DNA of 64,000 nucleotides from Balanoglossus misakiensis (Eukaryota > Animalia > Hemichordata), in the NCBI GenBank assembly GCA_040954595.2, contig CM082585.2:10280564-10344563 (forward strand), in the 5' to 3' direction. A model generated the notes under the pieces. The model had not been told where the DNA came from, ran no database searches, and was given only the letters and a program-made list of their open reading frames with translations. Below, piece by piece: positions 1 through 14,672 of this stretch; the stretch's first letter is position 1, and the number at the start of each line of letters is the position of its first letter. Both the position numbers and the translations under genes were made by a program.

Positions 1-8
1 GTCTTTTC

Positions 9-336
9 TGTGTTGTGTTGTGTTGTGTTGTGTTGTGTTGTGTTGTGTTGTGTTGTGTTGTGTTGTGTTGTGTTGTGTTGTGTTGTGTTGTGTTGTACTG
101 TGTCATGTTGTGTTGTGTTTTGTACTGTGTCATGTTGTGTTGTGTTTTGTACTGTGTCATGTTGTGTTGTGTTGTGTTGTGTTGTGTTGTGTTGTGTTGT
201 GTTGTGTTGTACTGTGTCATGTTGTGTTGTGTTTTGTACTGTGTCATGTTGTGTTGTGTTGTACTGTGTCATGTTGTGTTGTGTTGTGTTGTGTTGTGTT
301 GTGTTGTGTTGTGTTGTGTTGTGTTGTGTCATGTTG
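9..336. repeat. (GTGTT)n pentanucleotide microsatellite with interspersed ACTGTGTCAT variant units
   Basis: Directly visible tandem TGTGT/GTGTT repeat; it produces the spurious LCCVV ORFs. Confidence 0.97.
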
Positions 337-521
337 TATCCTGTGAGCCTTAATGGACAAGACTTGCAGTTTAGCCATTCATGTATGTGTGGAAGTGGGC
401 GTTATCTTGGACTCGTTTTTTGTTTGTGTACATTGCAAATACTGAATACACCCATTGCGAATCTTGTAATAATGCCATGTACTGTAAGTGCTTTCTCTGA
501 CCTTCATCTCTGTATTTTCAG

Positions 522-3500
522 ATGCGAGACTACAGGACGAGGACTCAAGCAGTGGTGAAGACATCAACAGCCCCGCCTATCAGTCATTGAGCACACAACA
601 GTCCATGTACAGTCAAAATTATTCACAGGTACGTACGCCAGTTATATACCGCTATATAGAAAGACAACCCCCGTCCCCTTAGAGCCAACTTTGCCATAGG
701 CAAGCATACATGGTTTAACTACACAGTGAAGCAGTGTAGCTTTCCTCACCCCTGTTTTCCTGTTCAGTGGTCTGTTTCTACCATAGAAAACCCCAGGGAT
801 GAAACCAAAGTAACAGGCTTTAAAGGGGTGACAGTATTATTGTCATGGTCACTTTTACTGTGTACCTTACTAGTGGATGTCTATACTCTCACGTGTATGT
901 TTCATGTGTCAGACACGAAAAAGGAAATCTTCCTTAACAGCCGACCACTTCTCCGTCTACTGTTCGCATCACGTCATCGGGTAAACGAAAACCTGTGCGT
1001 CCGTCGGTCCGTGTGTACACCACTAATCACCACCACCATCATCATCATCACCACCACCTCACGTCACCACATCTGAGATCTACGTCTGGCTACAGCATGG
1101 TTGTATCAATGCTACAAAATAGCTCCAATTGAGCTTCCTTGCTGTAGACATGGGTAGACCCTCCATTTCAGCACCACGCTCAAATAAAAACAAAACACCG
1201 GGCGGTATAGTCAGCGCTTATAACAACCACCGAGCCACCACATCGACGACTACTTCATAGAACTTTATTTGCACCACTAACATAGAATCGAATTGCTGGC
1301 GATCCACCGACTCCAGTTGTAACACAGGCATGCACACCGGACCAAGAATGGAAAAATGCCGTGTAAAATACGATCTTCCTCTTCGTCAGTTTCACAGCCA
1401 CAAGCATTAGACGATTTTTGAAAAATAAAAAATGGTATATTAAATATCAACTGTATGTTAACAATAATAACATGACCAGTATCAAATTTATTTTACTCTC
1501 AGAAAACCTTAAGGCACTGTGCGATTAGGTCTTCTAAAGAGTATTGCTTATCACTGATTCTTCTAGCAGTTGTAAATTATTTTCTCTAAAATCAGAGTTA
1601 TTACAGTGTTGTAAAATTTTATCAAGTTTTAGACTGTGTGCTTTCAACTGTTCACATGGTAATTTAAAGTAATCCTCTGTGTTATCACGTGCCATTAAAA
1701 TGAAAGTTATCCTGCTTGGGTAATGTCAATGATTCAATCAGCTGCATTGTAAGAAGCAAACTTGTTAGGCCAGAAAGATGAAATTTAAATTGTGCTTGGA
1801 GTTACCACTTCAGTCTGCTTTTTTCCTGTTTTGAAAATGGTATTTTATTTTTGATTGAAAATGTCACAATGCATTCTCTTACCTATGTAGATGGTAGAGT
1901 GCACTCAGATTCTTTAAATTGCAGTACATTTAGGAATATAAATGTACTATCTGGACTAGTGATTAGGAAGGAATGTATGTATCTCAATATCAAACTGACT
2001 GTAGCCGTGTAGAACAAAAATCTGTGTACAAGTTGTATGAGCCAGAATCGCAGGAAGAAAATTACAACTTCGACACAGAAAGTCTGATCTGATCACGCCA
2101 ACAGTGCAAGTAACTATCCGTGTTTTCACAGAACGATTACAGCACTGACGATTACACCGATGTGCTGACCTATGCAGAAGCCTTGTGGGATCATGTGACC
2201 ATGGACGAAGACGAGTTGGCCTTCAAAGCAGGCGATGTCATCGAGGTGACCGACATGCTGGACAAAGATTGGTGGTGGGGTCGCATAGAAGACAAACAGG
2301 GATGGTTCCCTGCTGTCTTTGTCAGGGTGAGTTGCCTGTCTTGTCCTGCTCTATTTGATTATATTAGAACAGTCCAGTGTTGTCCATCCCTATTTGCTTT
2401 TATCGGAACAGCCTTATATTTTAAAAATTAAAACTATTTTTCTATTCTGCCACAGTTACGTGTGAATCAGGGAGAGACGGTGGAGGAATGTGTGGCCAAG
2501 ATCAAAGATGGTACACTTTCATTGTCCTCCAAACACATGAAGAAACTCAGCATCAGTTTCTTGAGTAAGGATCAAGTGCGAGCTAATGTTATCCACGAAA
2601 TCGTCAGTACGGAAAAAATTTACGTTAAACATTTACGTGATGTCTGTGAGGTGAGTGTGACCAGTCATTTCATCAGCATACTTTTAAAAACCTTGTAAAG
2701 AAACATGCAAAAACAGTCGAATATCCATTAGCTGTAATTTTACCACTTTTTTTCCATGGCTTCTAAAAGGAAAAAAAGTGAGATATATTACAATTTAATC
2801 ACCACTGACTCTGGTTTGCCTCGTCTTTTCAGGGCTATGTAAGGCAGTGCCGGAAAAGGCCGGAAATGTTCTCCTCGGAAATCACAGACAGGCTGTTCGG
2901 CAATCTCGAGGAAATTTACAGTTTTCAGAGCAAATTTGTCAAGAAGCTCCAAGCATGTTTGAATGAAGACATACCTCATTTGAGTGAAATCGGAAATTGC
3001 TTTCTAGAAAATGTAAGTTGGTGATAAATGCACTGTTGTTCATGTTCTCTTGTACTGAGTTTATGGAATATTCCAGTCAAGGCCACCCTTTAGGCCTCAC
3101 CAGATTCAAGGGACTAATTATTGCCTTTCATGGTTTGAATCATTACAGAGACATGGCTTTGAGATCTATGCACCCTACTGCAATAATCATCCCTCTGCAA
3201 TGTCCACATTGAAAGAGCTCTACGAAAACAGAAAATACAGACATTTCTTTGAGGTGAGTACATGTTCAGTGGTGAACCAAGATTCCAGCCTGCTGATCTG
3301 ATAGTTGAAGTAACCTGTCTAACTCACAAACATGTCTACACTGATAACTGCCTGCATGACAGTGTGTAAAATGAACACCATCTACAAAGTGGACAGCGTT
3401 TCCAATCGCAATAGTGTGTGTTTCATGATGTTACTTTTTGTTGCGGCTTTTGCAAAAGTTTGACATTTTGGCTACTCTGACTAATTTCCAGGCATGCAGG

Positions 3501-5332
3501 TTACTTCAAGAAATGATCGAAATCTCATTGGACGGCTTCCTGCTCACACCTGTGCAGAAAATATGCAAATATCCCCTCCAACTGGCCGAGCTTCTCAAGT
3601 ACACGAAGCCCGAACACAAGGACTACGAGCCTGTCAAAGCGGCCCTTCAAGTGATGAAAGACGTTGCCGCAAAGATAAACGAGCAGAAACGACGATTGGA
3701 AAGCGTGCACACCATTGCGAAGTGGCAGCTCACAATCGAAGCGTGGGAGGTAAGTGTCAGTTCTTCCCATTGGTTGACTATCAGATGACATACATCTGTC
3801 TACCAATCAAAGTGCACCACACATAAGCAAGCTTACATATTCATATCAGACCAGTCGTTTTGTTGTGCTACAAACACAGCTAGACAAAACTTGCATGTAT
3901 TTGTAAATTGTTGAATATTTATCAGGTTTTCTGTAATTTTTTTAACTTTGTCCCTTCAGGATGAAGATCTTCTTGAGAGAAGTTCCATGCTTATACACAG
4001 TGGTGAGGTCACCAAGATTTCAAAAGGTCTTGGACGTGCCAAAGTCCGACAAGTGTTTCTGTTTGACCATCAGCTAGTGCTTTGTAAGAGGGTAAGTTTT
4101 CAAAAAATGTTTGTTGTTGAACACAGGCTATGTGTTTGCAGTCAGCATCCTTGTCGAAAACTTGAATCTTATCTTCATTTCATGGTAAAGTCAGACTCGT
4201 AACATGAGGAATGTGTGCTAGCGCCACCAGTGGTGAAAAACTGAACTCATAAACAAGATTGAGTACATGTATACTACGTTTAGTGATGTTTGACAATATC
4301 ACTTAGTGTACATGGTGTCTGGTATTCTAATTTTCTGTCATCGTTTGTTTTTGGACAGGATCTTCTCAACAAGAACAAGTTCTCGTATGCAGGGAGAGTT
4401 TACATCGATCAGATTATACTGGAAGATATGGACGATGGAAAAGGTAAGATGAACACATAATATGTACAAAGGTTTTCACGGTAAAACTTCCAGCCAGTTT
4501 ACTGAAAACCAGACCAGCTTGATGTATAATCCATGGTTGTGTATGGTGTTTTTATTTGTTTGTTTTTCTTTCCAGACAATGCCTGGGGCATCAACGTGAA
4601 GAACGCTTTCCAGCTTCACAACACAGTGGACGAGAAATGGCACATCATCTCGGTCAAAACCAAAGAGGACAAGGAGAGATGGATCAAGGCGTTTGCTGAA
4701 GAGAGGAAGCTGGTCAGAGATGACCGACTGAAAAGTATGTGTTACTTTCTGCTGTGCTGGTCTAGGTTGATTTGAAATCTTTGCTGTCAAATGTGGTTGT
4801 ACCTGATTGCAATCCATATTAAAAACTTTCTGTTGGTATTAATACTAACGTTTCATTTCTCTTTGTGCATTTCTTTCCAGACTTTGTCATTCCAGACCAC
4901 GTGAAGCGGGAAGCAGTTATAGAAGCAATGAAGGAACAACACCAGCAGCAGCTTGTCAAGAAACCTAAAAGTAAGTTTGAGTTGTCTACTGTCTGGTGAT
5001 TTGTGTCCATTCTAGGAATGCAACCTGTTTTCTCTCATTGAAACTCAACAGTGTTTGCTTGCTAAGATGTTAGAGTTGTTGTTACTGTGTGATGTTATAA
5101 CGAAGAGTGAATTTTGTACTTATGGTGTTTATTGATTCAACCCCCAGATGTGAATCGCAAAATTTCACATATGCCGTTTCCACGACAACTGGAACTGCTG
5201 TCGGGGCCTCAGAAGAGTGTGACCCTCCCGCAGGGAATTTCCTCCGAGGAAGCTTTCCTGGCCATGGGTGATCAGGAACACTACAAGAAGAGAACATGGA
5301 ATCTGTTTGGCACCATCAAGAGACGCAGGTAG
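522..5332 (+). CDS. SH3-DH-PH Rho guanine nucleotide exchange factor, ARHGEF4/ARHGEF9/SPATA13 (ASEF/collybistin) family; 5' end outside window
   Basis: GT-AG exons approx. 522-628, 2132-2326 (SH3: [25 protein letters not shown]...WWWG), 2456-2650, 2833-3012, 3149-3253, 3492-3749 (DH: [19 protein letters not shown]), 3960-4091 (PH: [11 protein letters not shown]), 4359-4443, 4576-4735, 4881-4970, 5149-5332 (stop). Confidence 0.92.
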
Positions 5333-8105
5333 TTGGCTGCTCAAGGTCAAGGCTGGAGCAGATGTGAAAGCGAGTTGGTGTTCCCAAGTTCCCAATGTCA
5401 TGGCCAACCATTAAGAATACAAATACACAATGTATAGCAAGCTTTCAATCATTTGAAATCCCTGATCCTTGGCAAGTTGGTCAAAGTTCAACATTCCATG
5501 TGGACTTGACCACAGAACTCAGAGAGAGCACAACAGTAGGCGTTCATATTATGGGATAGTCAAGTAGAAATGTAACCCCAATTTTTTTCCAGAAGTAAGC
5601 TTCGTAAACAATTTTACCTATTCTGCTTGGACCTCCTATTTACACTGGTAATTTCTCTGGGATTTCAGAAACTCTCAAGTTCAGTATTGTGATTTCTGTC
5701 ACCTACAGTTTTTTTCACTTTGGATAGTGTGTTGACGAGGCTTTGACAGGGCTCCTATCGAGCATGGCAACGAATTTAGAGACAGAGTTCATTCTTGAAG
5801 GCCTGGATTTCTTATTATCCACTGTCAGGAAGTACACGTAGCTTCATCGTCATAGTCACGATTGGAATTTGCTCAATACTGTTGTATTTTCACTAACACG
5901 TTGCTAAGTTTTAACAAGAAATATTTCCCACATATGCTGGAGAGAGAACAAAAATTATGACCATATATGGGGAAAAAAGCTCATCATTTCCATATATGGT
6001 TATGTTATCCAAGTTGCCACTACTTGGTCAAGTCAAGTCACTTCAGTTTATGCTGATATAAAACCTATATTATTACGATGAAAAGAAAACTACTATGTAT
6101 TATCAAGATGGACGCACTTAGCCAAATGTATAGAAGTGTTAGTGTATAAAAAATTGTGTATTTTGGAAGCTCATAACAGGACAGGATGTGCATGATTTGA
6201 AGAAAGACCACAATTTTACATGTGGAAAAAATTTTGACATTGTAAATATTCTCACATTGTAAATTTTATTTTACTACTACATGTATCAACAATTTTATAT
6301 CATATGGATACCCTTTGACCTTTTTTTTTCCATAAAACAGATGATAACACTGTGTCATTGATAAAAGTATGAGTATCATGACACGGAGCAATGTGATTGG
6401 CTGACCAGATCACATGATTCAAGACTGTATCATAGTTTAAGAAATACATAGAATAAAAGTAATTTTTGAGATGAAAGATATGTACCTTTTTCAGATTTTA
6501 GCATCCATACATACTCATGACTGACCAGTCTTATTTGATTGGTGGATTAACAATTACAATGAATTATTTTAACTGTCATTTACCCAACCCACAAATGGAC
6601 ATTTATTTCAATATAGGTATATTTTCGAACTGCTTCTAACCGTACACAGAGTAACCAAAGTTTTGAAGTGTAGAGGTTTGGACAAGATTAACTGTGTAGC
6701 CAATCTGTAAATGCAAATGGATAAGACGTTCACAATATTATTGTATTCACGTTAATGATGATATTATAAATTTTTATGATGTATTATAAGATTTAGTATT
6801 TTGGGAAGACAAATATTGTTTTAGGGGCTTACAGGAAAGGCATCTGGGAGATCTTTTCAGTTGATGCACAGATATTCAAGAGTATCTGTGGTCGTTGTAA
6901 CCCTTTTAACTTCAAAAGAGAAAACTGCCATGAATCAGGGTTTGGTGTTTGTCTGAATGTTCAACCGTCAAAACTGCAACTGGATGACCTGGCAAGACAG
7001 AACAGCCTGCCAGAACTCTAAACCAGCACTCAAGACAAGTGCATTCATTACAGCAACCAAAATCCGTACCTGTAGCACCTGACCTATTTGTTTGTTCTCT
7101 ATCATTATTTATTATTGAACAATAATTTATTTATTTTCCTTTTTTCGTCAGTTGCTACCATTACCTTCAGATAAGTTCCAAGCCCAGTTACATTTTCCAC
7201 TGTAAAAGTTCACTTTCCGGTAATCTCTCAAGAAATACACAACAGTAACTGCCATCAGAATACATGCTGTACTTCAGGCCAGCATTTAGGAGCTGCTTTA
7301 ATATTCTGAAATATGTAAATGAATTGTTTCGTCACTTGAAAATTTGCTGAAAAGGCATGTACATGTATAGTTTTTTAAAATTCAAAATTGTCACCATCAT
7401 GTAAAGAATTTGCCAGCAATGAACTTTCTCATAAGAATGCCTGTTCTTGCATTTACTCTTAAACTGGAATATTCAACTGTCTTTTATTCTTGTTGGGCAG
7501 TTTTCTGTAGAATAAAGCAATGATAATTGAAAGATCAAAAGGTGAATCACATTTTATATGTGTGTCTGTGTGTGTGGGCATGTGTGCTTGTACAGTTTGC
7601 GGGTTATAAGCATCCGTACATTTTAGTTAAAAAGTGTCTTGCTTTCCCTGAACATCCTCTGAAATGTTTGTCAAATTCGGCAAAAATTCCACCTGTTCCG
7701 TGTTTTCATATTGTAAGCGCTGACTGACTGTTTAATGCCTCAAGCTATTGGGGAAACGCCCATTTGATGTTGTTTGGAAACAATGCTGAAGTCGAGGCAT
7801 CGACCTTTGACCTCTATTCGCCCCACCCTGGCAGCCATTTTGTTTTGATATGATCAAGGAAGAGATGTTGGTGGCTCACGGAACTCACGTTTTTTCATAG
7901 TCTCCTTTTAGGACCAGACTATATTGATTGAACAGACAGTTGAACTGAAGGCTGTCAAGGGTTTGGAGCATTCTTTAACGTCCTACGGACTAACTGCCAC
8001 TGTGTTGAAAGGAAAGTTTATGCGTTCTGTAGCCGAAACAACAACCTCGATATTATTTATTCGGCACTGGTGAACTGTGTGTGTCGTGGACCTTTAACGT
8101 AAAAT

Positions 8106-11100
8106 ATGACAATGGAGGACGACAACGACGCTTCGTCAGTGGTGTCGCTACCTCTTCATGTTGTAATTTACCCAGTTTTAGATGAGGTAAGCAAGAAGTG
8201 GCGGCTGGTTGGCAAACAGCATATATAGCAACGTGGTTGTGATACCAACCGTGGTTCTGCTTTGCCAGTCAACTTCACTCACGACACTACGGCCAAAAGC
8301 GTGACCCATACCCCCATTGGCATTGTCAACACAACGCCCTGTTGTAATATATGCACTCTAACTTCCTTGTGTGGTCAGTTCGTATTGACACGGTGCACAT
8401 TTCTGTGTAGGTGTATGATATTAGCTGACAACATTGTCCCTGGCCAGTAAGGTGAATATTTATACATGTCAACAACACACTGGTGGTGAGTGGTGGATTT
8501 CTGGGTGATGGGGAAACATAGTGGCAACAGTCACTTTCTATTTGTGTGGTTGGAGAAGCCATAAGGTTTTTGACCCACACGAAATCCAAAGTGTAGTTGT
8601 TCATCGCACGAATGAGCAAAGTGAGCAGATGATGTAGGTTTGGGGATGCGGATTGCCATCTCTTCCTCAGAACTAATTGGCATCTCTGCATATCCATGTC
8701 ATGTCTCTATGGAGAGTATTAATCTGCTTTCATAATTTTTTTTTTTTTTGCTGCAGCTTCAGAAAACTGATTTGTCAGCAGCACAAACATTGAGAGCGGC
8801 ATTCAACAAAGCCGAAAAAGAGAACCCCGGTTTAACTCAGGATGTAGTTGCTGGCATTGTTAAAAAGGAGTTATCAGATGTGAACCTAGCAGAGAGTTTG
8901 CTCAGACTAGCAGCATATGATTGTGAAGGTAAGTCACATGGGTGAAAGGGTTAAAGTCATATATTACTGTGCGTCTGCTAGTCAACACGCTTGTCAGACT
9001 GTCTTTGTTACACATTACGCCCTGTATACTTCCGTGTTAACCTCTTCAACTGCAATTCTTCTGAGGCTGACAGTCTATTTCAAACGTCCCTACTGTTCCT
9101 CTTTGTCTGGTATTGAGCGTGCTTCCATGTCACACAATACTATAGCGGCATTTCACACATCAACGAGTCTCCATAACAGCTTTTCGTTTGCCTGTCGCAG
9201 AGATGACCCAGTTTGTGACAGACATTTTTTCATGACTAACTTTTCCCCTGTTATATCTTGCAGAATACACACTCACAAGACCTGAACCGCAGTTCAAGAA
9301 ACTCAACCAAAGAGCCCGATCACTCAAACAGATATTGAGTAAAATACCTGATGAAATACACGACAGATCGAAATTTCTTCAAACTATTAAGTAAGTCATC
9401 AGTTTTTTTGCCTTGCATTCATGTGATGTTTGTTTTGGTATGCAACAAAAGGAATTGTATTATCGTCTTATGACCTGTCTGTAATAATACTAATATCAAA
9501 CAAATTTCCCTTTTTTTTCTTGCATCGACAGAGATATTGCCAGTGCTATAAAGGATCTCCTTGATTCAGTCAATGAAGTATTTAAAAAACATCATGCATA
9601 TCAGCTGAATGAGCACAAAAAGGTAAGACTTGACCCTGTGTAAAGGTCAGGAAAAAGTATGCAGCGTTGTTTAGAGAGAATGATGACCTTTGCCCCCAAT
9701 TATCGTGAAAAATTGACAAAGAGTAATGGTGGCCTCACAGAAGGATTTGCAGAGTGAGGTTAGACGTCATTTAACCACAGACGCATTTGTACAAAGTTCT
9801 GTGCTCTGACTTCAATGGAATTATGTAACATTATCCATTTTTTCAGGAAATGCAAACATTCCTGTGTTATGAAAATGCATTTAATACAAATTTGCTTTGC
9901 GCTGCCCCGTAGCACCTGTAATTTTAATGCACAGAGTGACTTGAGTGCTCATTAGTTTCAGTGTTGAACCCAGCACAGCCCTGTAAGTCATCCCCTTTAT
10001 GCCGATACTGCCAGTGTCCTGTGATGAACAGTCTGTGTGCATATAGCATGTAACCACTGCCCTGTAACTACATCTAAGTGCATATCATTTGCATGGCCGT
10101 TGTGATGGACCAAAGAAGCAGTGTCCATAACAGCAGTGTCATCACCCTTTCACTGTGTTTCTGTGAACTGCGCTTGCTTTATAAAAAATATTCATTCAAA
10201 TATTCCGTGATCCCTAGTACAGAATCATACCATACTCATATAAGGGCATTTCCATTTTCCTGATAACATAGACTTGCTCAGAGCATCTTGTTGGTCATGC
10301 TGTTTCTTTTATATCCTTCTGCCATGTGATGTACATGTAAGACTCTTCGACAAAAGCAGGCTGCTTGATGGCTCTAACTAATGCTGTATAACTTTTCTTT
10401 CCCTCAACTCAAAAAAACTCACTGTCTTCGCCCGCGTGACTTCATGCATTAATAGTTGGTAAGTTGGTTTCCTGCCGTCTACATATCATTAATTTCTTAA
10501 CATTTCTCTTCTCTTCTCTCTCTCTTGCTCTGTAATTTCTCATCATAAATGTCTAAAATATGTTACTAGATGAGAGGGGGGGGGGGTGCGCACTTGGCAG
10601 GGTGACCAGTTGTAGCATATATAGCAAGATATATGCACATTCTGTATGCAAGTCTAAACACTGGAGTAATGATTGATTGCAACACTGTTTAGTAATCCCT
10701 ACACTGCTGTGCTAGACAGGTCTGACCTCTGCTCAGAAACTATGGTGTACTATATTGCACATGGATTACTTTAATTGCATTTGAAGGATACTTTATTGAT
10801 CGAATGAAACGTCCTTCGCTCTGTGGTCTGGTGATGTAACAGCCTCCCTGTTCAGTGTCTGTGTTTTCCAGCCACATGTCCAATCGTTCGTTTCTTTGTC
10901 GGATGAAAACAGAAGAGACACACACGGTATTACCATGTGAATGCACCCAGACATGTCACCGCTCTACGCAAGACAATTGCACAGACCCACACCGGGATTG
11001 GTGAAAGACATTAAGCTGAATTGTCTGTTGTTTTGTCTTGCAAAGCAAAACAGTTCTTTGCAAAACAAAGACCGGTGGGGGTATGGTATAAAACAGCTGG

Positions 11101-11414
11101 TGCGCTCAACTGAGACATCTCCCTGGAGAATCCAGCACAGGAATGAGAGTCTATGGAAGGTTCTGTTGCATGCATCCATCCTCCCGCCATATAGAACTGT
11201 ACCCCATTTCTTGATGTCAGTCTCTCTCACCCTTAATTCCCAGCAGATGCTCGAGGACCAGAAGAAGGAGTTTGTCAAGTATTCCAAGAGCTTTAGTGAC
11301 ACACTGAAGACCTACTTCAAGGATGGAAGGGCAGACAACGTCTTTGTTAGTGCCAATAGACTTATAAATCAGACCAATACAATCTTGAAAACTTCGAAGA
11401 CGATCGGGCAATAA
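8106..11414 (+). CDS. PDCD10: Programmed cell death protein 10 (CCM3)
   Basis: Exons 8106-8186, 8757-8928 ([21 protein letters not shown]...ESLLRLA), 9264-9390 ([23 protein letters not shown]), 9532-9622 ([16 protein letters not shown]), 11244/11247-11414 ([22 protein letters not shown]...[13 protein letters not shown]). Intron phases are consistent. Confidence 0.96.
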
Positions 11415-14181
11415 CTTGCATTTTCTTCTCTGTGCAGATTTCAGCCTTTTCACCCCACATTATAGGTAATATTTCCAATGTCAACAACAATAACAAATTT
11501 ACAAGTTCACGATGATGAGAATGATAAACAGAAGGTGGGGGTGAAATTGTTGTTTGCATTTTTCACAGTTCATTGAATATGCAGTGTATAGGTTAATTTG
11601 CATTTTCACAGTTGTAATTTTGAAAACTTACGTTTATAACTTTGATGTCATTTCTCATGCATATTTATATATACATCATCAAGTGGACTTTTGTATTGTT
11701 GATAAGAAATGACTGAACACTTGCTCGCACAAATGTACTTTGTTACTTTTTTTGGCCACGGGTGAAAAGGCTGAGATCAGATTTTAAACGTTGGCATCTC
11801 CTGCGTGTGAGCTTATCAGTAATAACCACTATGACTGGAATATCTATCTGAACCAGTCTGAAACTGCAATGCAAGTTTCCTGGGGTGACATTTGACCTCC
11901 GACGTCTGCATACTAATTTGTCGTGGGGTCACGTCTGAACTGTTGTATAATTTATTCTTCATTACCTGCAAATTTTCACATCAGAAATTTTTACTAAAAT
12001 TGCCCCAAAAGCGTAACTTGTAAACAAAACATTCTTGCACACAGGAATGTCATTTGTATTTTTGAGCCGTTTTCAAGTCCGAGAATTTATTTGACGTTAT
12101 GCCGATTATCCCAATAGCCAATTCTTATTAAATTCTGGGGTGGTGTTTATTTTCTTTGAACTGATGGGACTTTGGGAGAAAAAAAGGAATTATTTATAAT
12201 CAGCAAGTTATGGTTTCATATATAATATATATATAAACTTCTTGTGTTTCATTTTAGCTGTATTGTAAAAAGTTCTCGCGATTAGTACTACACGTAATAA
12301 TTTTAGTATTTTTGCTAACAGTCTTTGAAAAGTTGCTGCGTTTGCAGTGGGGGTATCCTGTGCTACCTGTATAATGGAATGAGCAGTGTCGTGAATTCTC
12401 AAATTGAGGAGTTGCCGTTATGATGAATTCTCTAATTAACTCGACGGTGGAATTCCAATCACATCACTGAGACTATCGCGTTCGTGATCTCGACAATGGG
12501 AAACCAGATCAAGTCCCAAAACCACCAATCTTTATTCGTTCACCACAAATATTTCATTCATCATCCCTCACAGTCTCATTTGAGCAGACTCATGTCCATT
12601 ATCAACCATCAAGTGTTGGGCAACAACAACATCAACGCTAGTATTAAAGAAAGTATCTTATTTTTATTATCAAGAAAAAACTTAGCAAAAGTTGTACTGT
12701 GTGGGTGTGTTTGTACAGAGAAAAAATATTTTCTTTCCATTTTGTTCGAGTCCAGTTTCATGTGTTGATTTCAAAGTCTACTATACAGGATTTCCAGTAC
12801 GAATTATCGCATTTCTTCTGCTGTTTCTACCGGTATGGCTATCTAGGGGTTGGTCATGGGTTGTATGTAAGGCATTGTTAAGTTATGAAATTGCCAAGAC
12901 GGTAGTACATCGTAAAAAATTATTTCTGTTTTCTCATCTGTTAGACCAAATTCTGCAATGTGTTTCTTGATTCACTATTGAGATGCTCTTTATATAATCA
13001 TTTTAGTTCAGAATTAAAATGTACTATCTTCAAATAGGGATTTAAAGAGAAAAAAACTTTTCACATTAGTATACGTGTAGAAAGATTCAGAACATGTAAT
13101 TATGCTGTTTGGTAATTTTCTATAAGCACTTGCGCAGAATATATAATTGAATTTGTAATTTGCAATTGAGATGAATCCACACTCATGAAACCATTTTCTG
13201 CAAGAATTAAACCAACTTGCCTATAAATTGAGTTGGCGCTAGTTTTAGAACAATGCCCATTTGTACAAATGCAAGAAACTCATCCCTATTTTTGAATGGT
13301 TGACTCATATTTTTGCTATGAGGGCCACACCACTACTTGATCATAGGGGTGGTAAACTCACTAGGAGGGACATCCTGTCATTGTACATACGTGTTTCTAT
13401 CAGCTACCCTTCTCAGGCTTCAACTTTTACAGAAGTTAATTTTTTTCAGTGTGTACAAAATTTTAAAATTGAAAATTCATTAAGTTCAAGAAACAAGTAC
13501 AGAGAAAATTACAATCTTCAGCAAAGAAATGTACTTTGGTCTTAATGAGCTTTGAATAATAATAAATATTTTACAAATGCGTGGATAGAGTGAGAATTTG
13601 GTTATTGCATATAACCTTTGTGCGTCTTATCTGCAAAAGAACACTTAAGTGTGTTTTCGTTTTCAAATTCGTATTGGAGTCTCGGACATAAAGGGGCCAT
13701 TCTTGGCCTATAATTCCACCAGAAGACAAATAATTTACTTGTATATTGGGCCAGACTGAAACACCTGTTGATCCTAATTCCAACACTACTTCAAACAAAC
13801 GTTTACATGCTAATGAACTGTCAAGTAAACAAATGGTATAGGCCATCGCCTTGTCAGAGGGCGTCTTCCTCGTGTCACCATAAAGTGTGCTAGTCAGTAC
13901 CATCCTGGTCAGCGCAGGTCAGCGTCCCGCCCACACAGACTTACACAGGTGGATAGTACTATATTACACACTCTAAAAATGATTCATACTGGAAACATTA
14001 TCGTCGACAGGATGTTCTGTATAGTAATCAATTTATTGATTTAATGACATCAATTCGCTGGAAGAACTAGTGTTTATTGTAGGGAGTTCATTTGGGGACA
14101 ATGAGAGATTGGTTCTGTCATGCGACCACTAGCCTGGCCCCATACCAGTGTGTTTTAGATATAAGGAAATTCTATATATTT

Positions 14182-14393
14182 AATAATGCTTCAGTAATTT
14201 TTAACAATATCTTATTTTGAAAAATGGCCCATTCATCGTAGAATGCTACTAAATGCAGAAATAAGCATGATAATTGCTATAGTTACAAATAATGCTTCAG
14301 TAATTTTTAACAATATCTTATTTTGAAAAATGGCCCGTTCATCGTAGAATGCTACTAAATGCAGAAATAAGCATGATAATTGCTTTAGTTACA
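14182..14393. repeat. Two-copy tandem duplication of a 106-bp unit
   Basis: AATAATGCTTCAGTAATTTTTAAC...GCT(A/T)TAGTTACA at 14182-14287 and 14288-14393, near-identical. Confidence 0.93.
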
Positions 14394-14603
14394 TACAAGC
14401 CCAAAATGATGCCTGTATGACTTTAACATTAGGGCAATGTATGTGTATGTGTAATACTCACAAGAAAGACTAACCATTGATATTAAAATGTATGCCAATC
14501 ACTGTATTCCTTACATGTTGAAGTGCATCGATGCGCCGCCGTATGGCTTTTTTGCACCGTGGGCAATGGTGATGTGGCCCGATACGCCCTATACGCCGCC
14601 TTA

Positions 14604-14607
14604 ATGG

Positions 14608-14672
<65 letters not shown>

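Noticed and set aside
10-558. Cys/Val/Leu-rich ORFs in three frames
   Set aside because: Translation of the (GTGTT)n microsatellite in an intron.
10495-10610. Second strong pyrimidine tract and TAG acceptor (10569) in the PDCD10 intron
   Set aside because: No convincing donor follows, and the poly-G run makes the frame uncertain; no exon can be defined.
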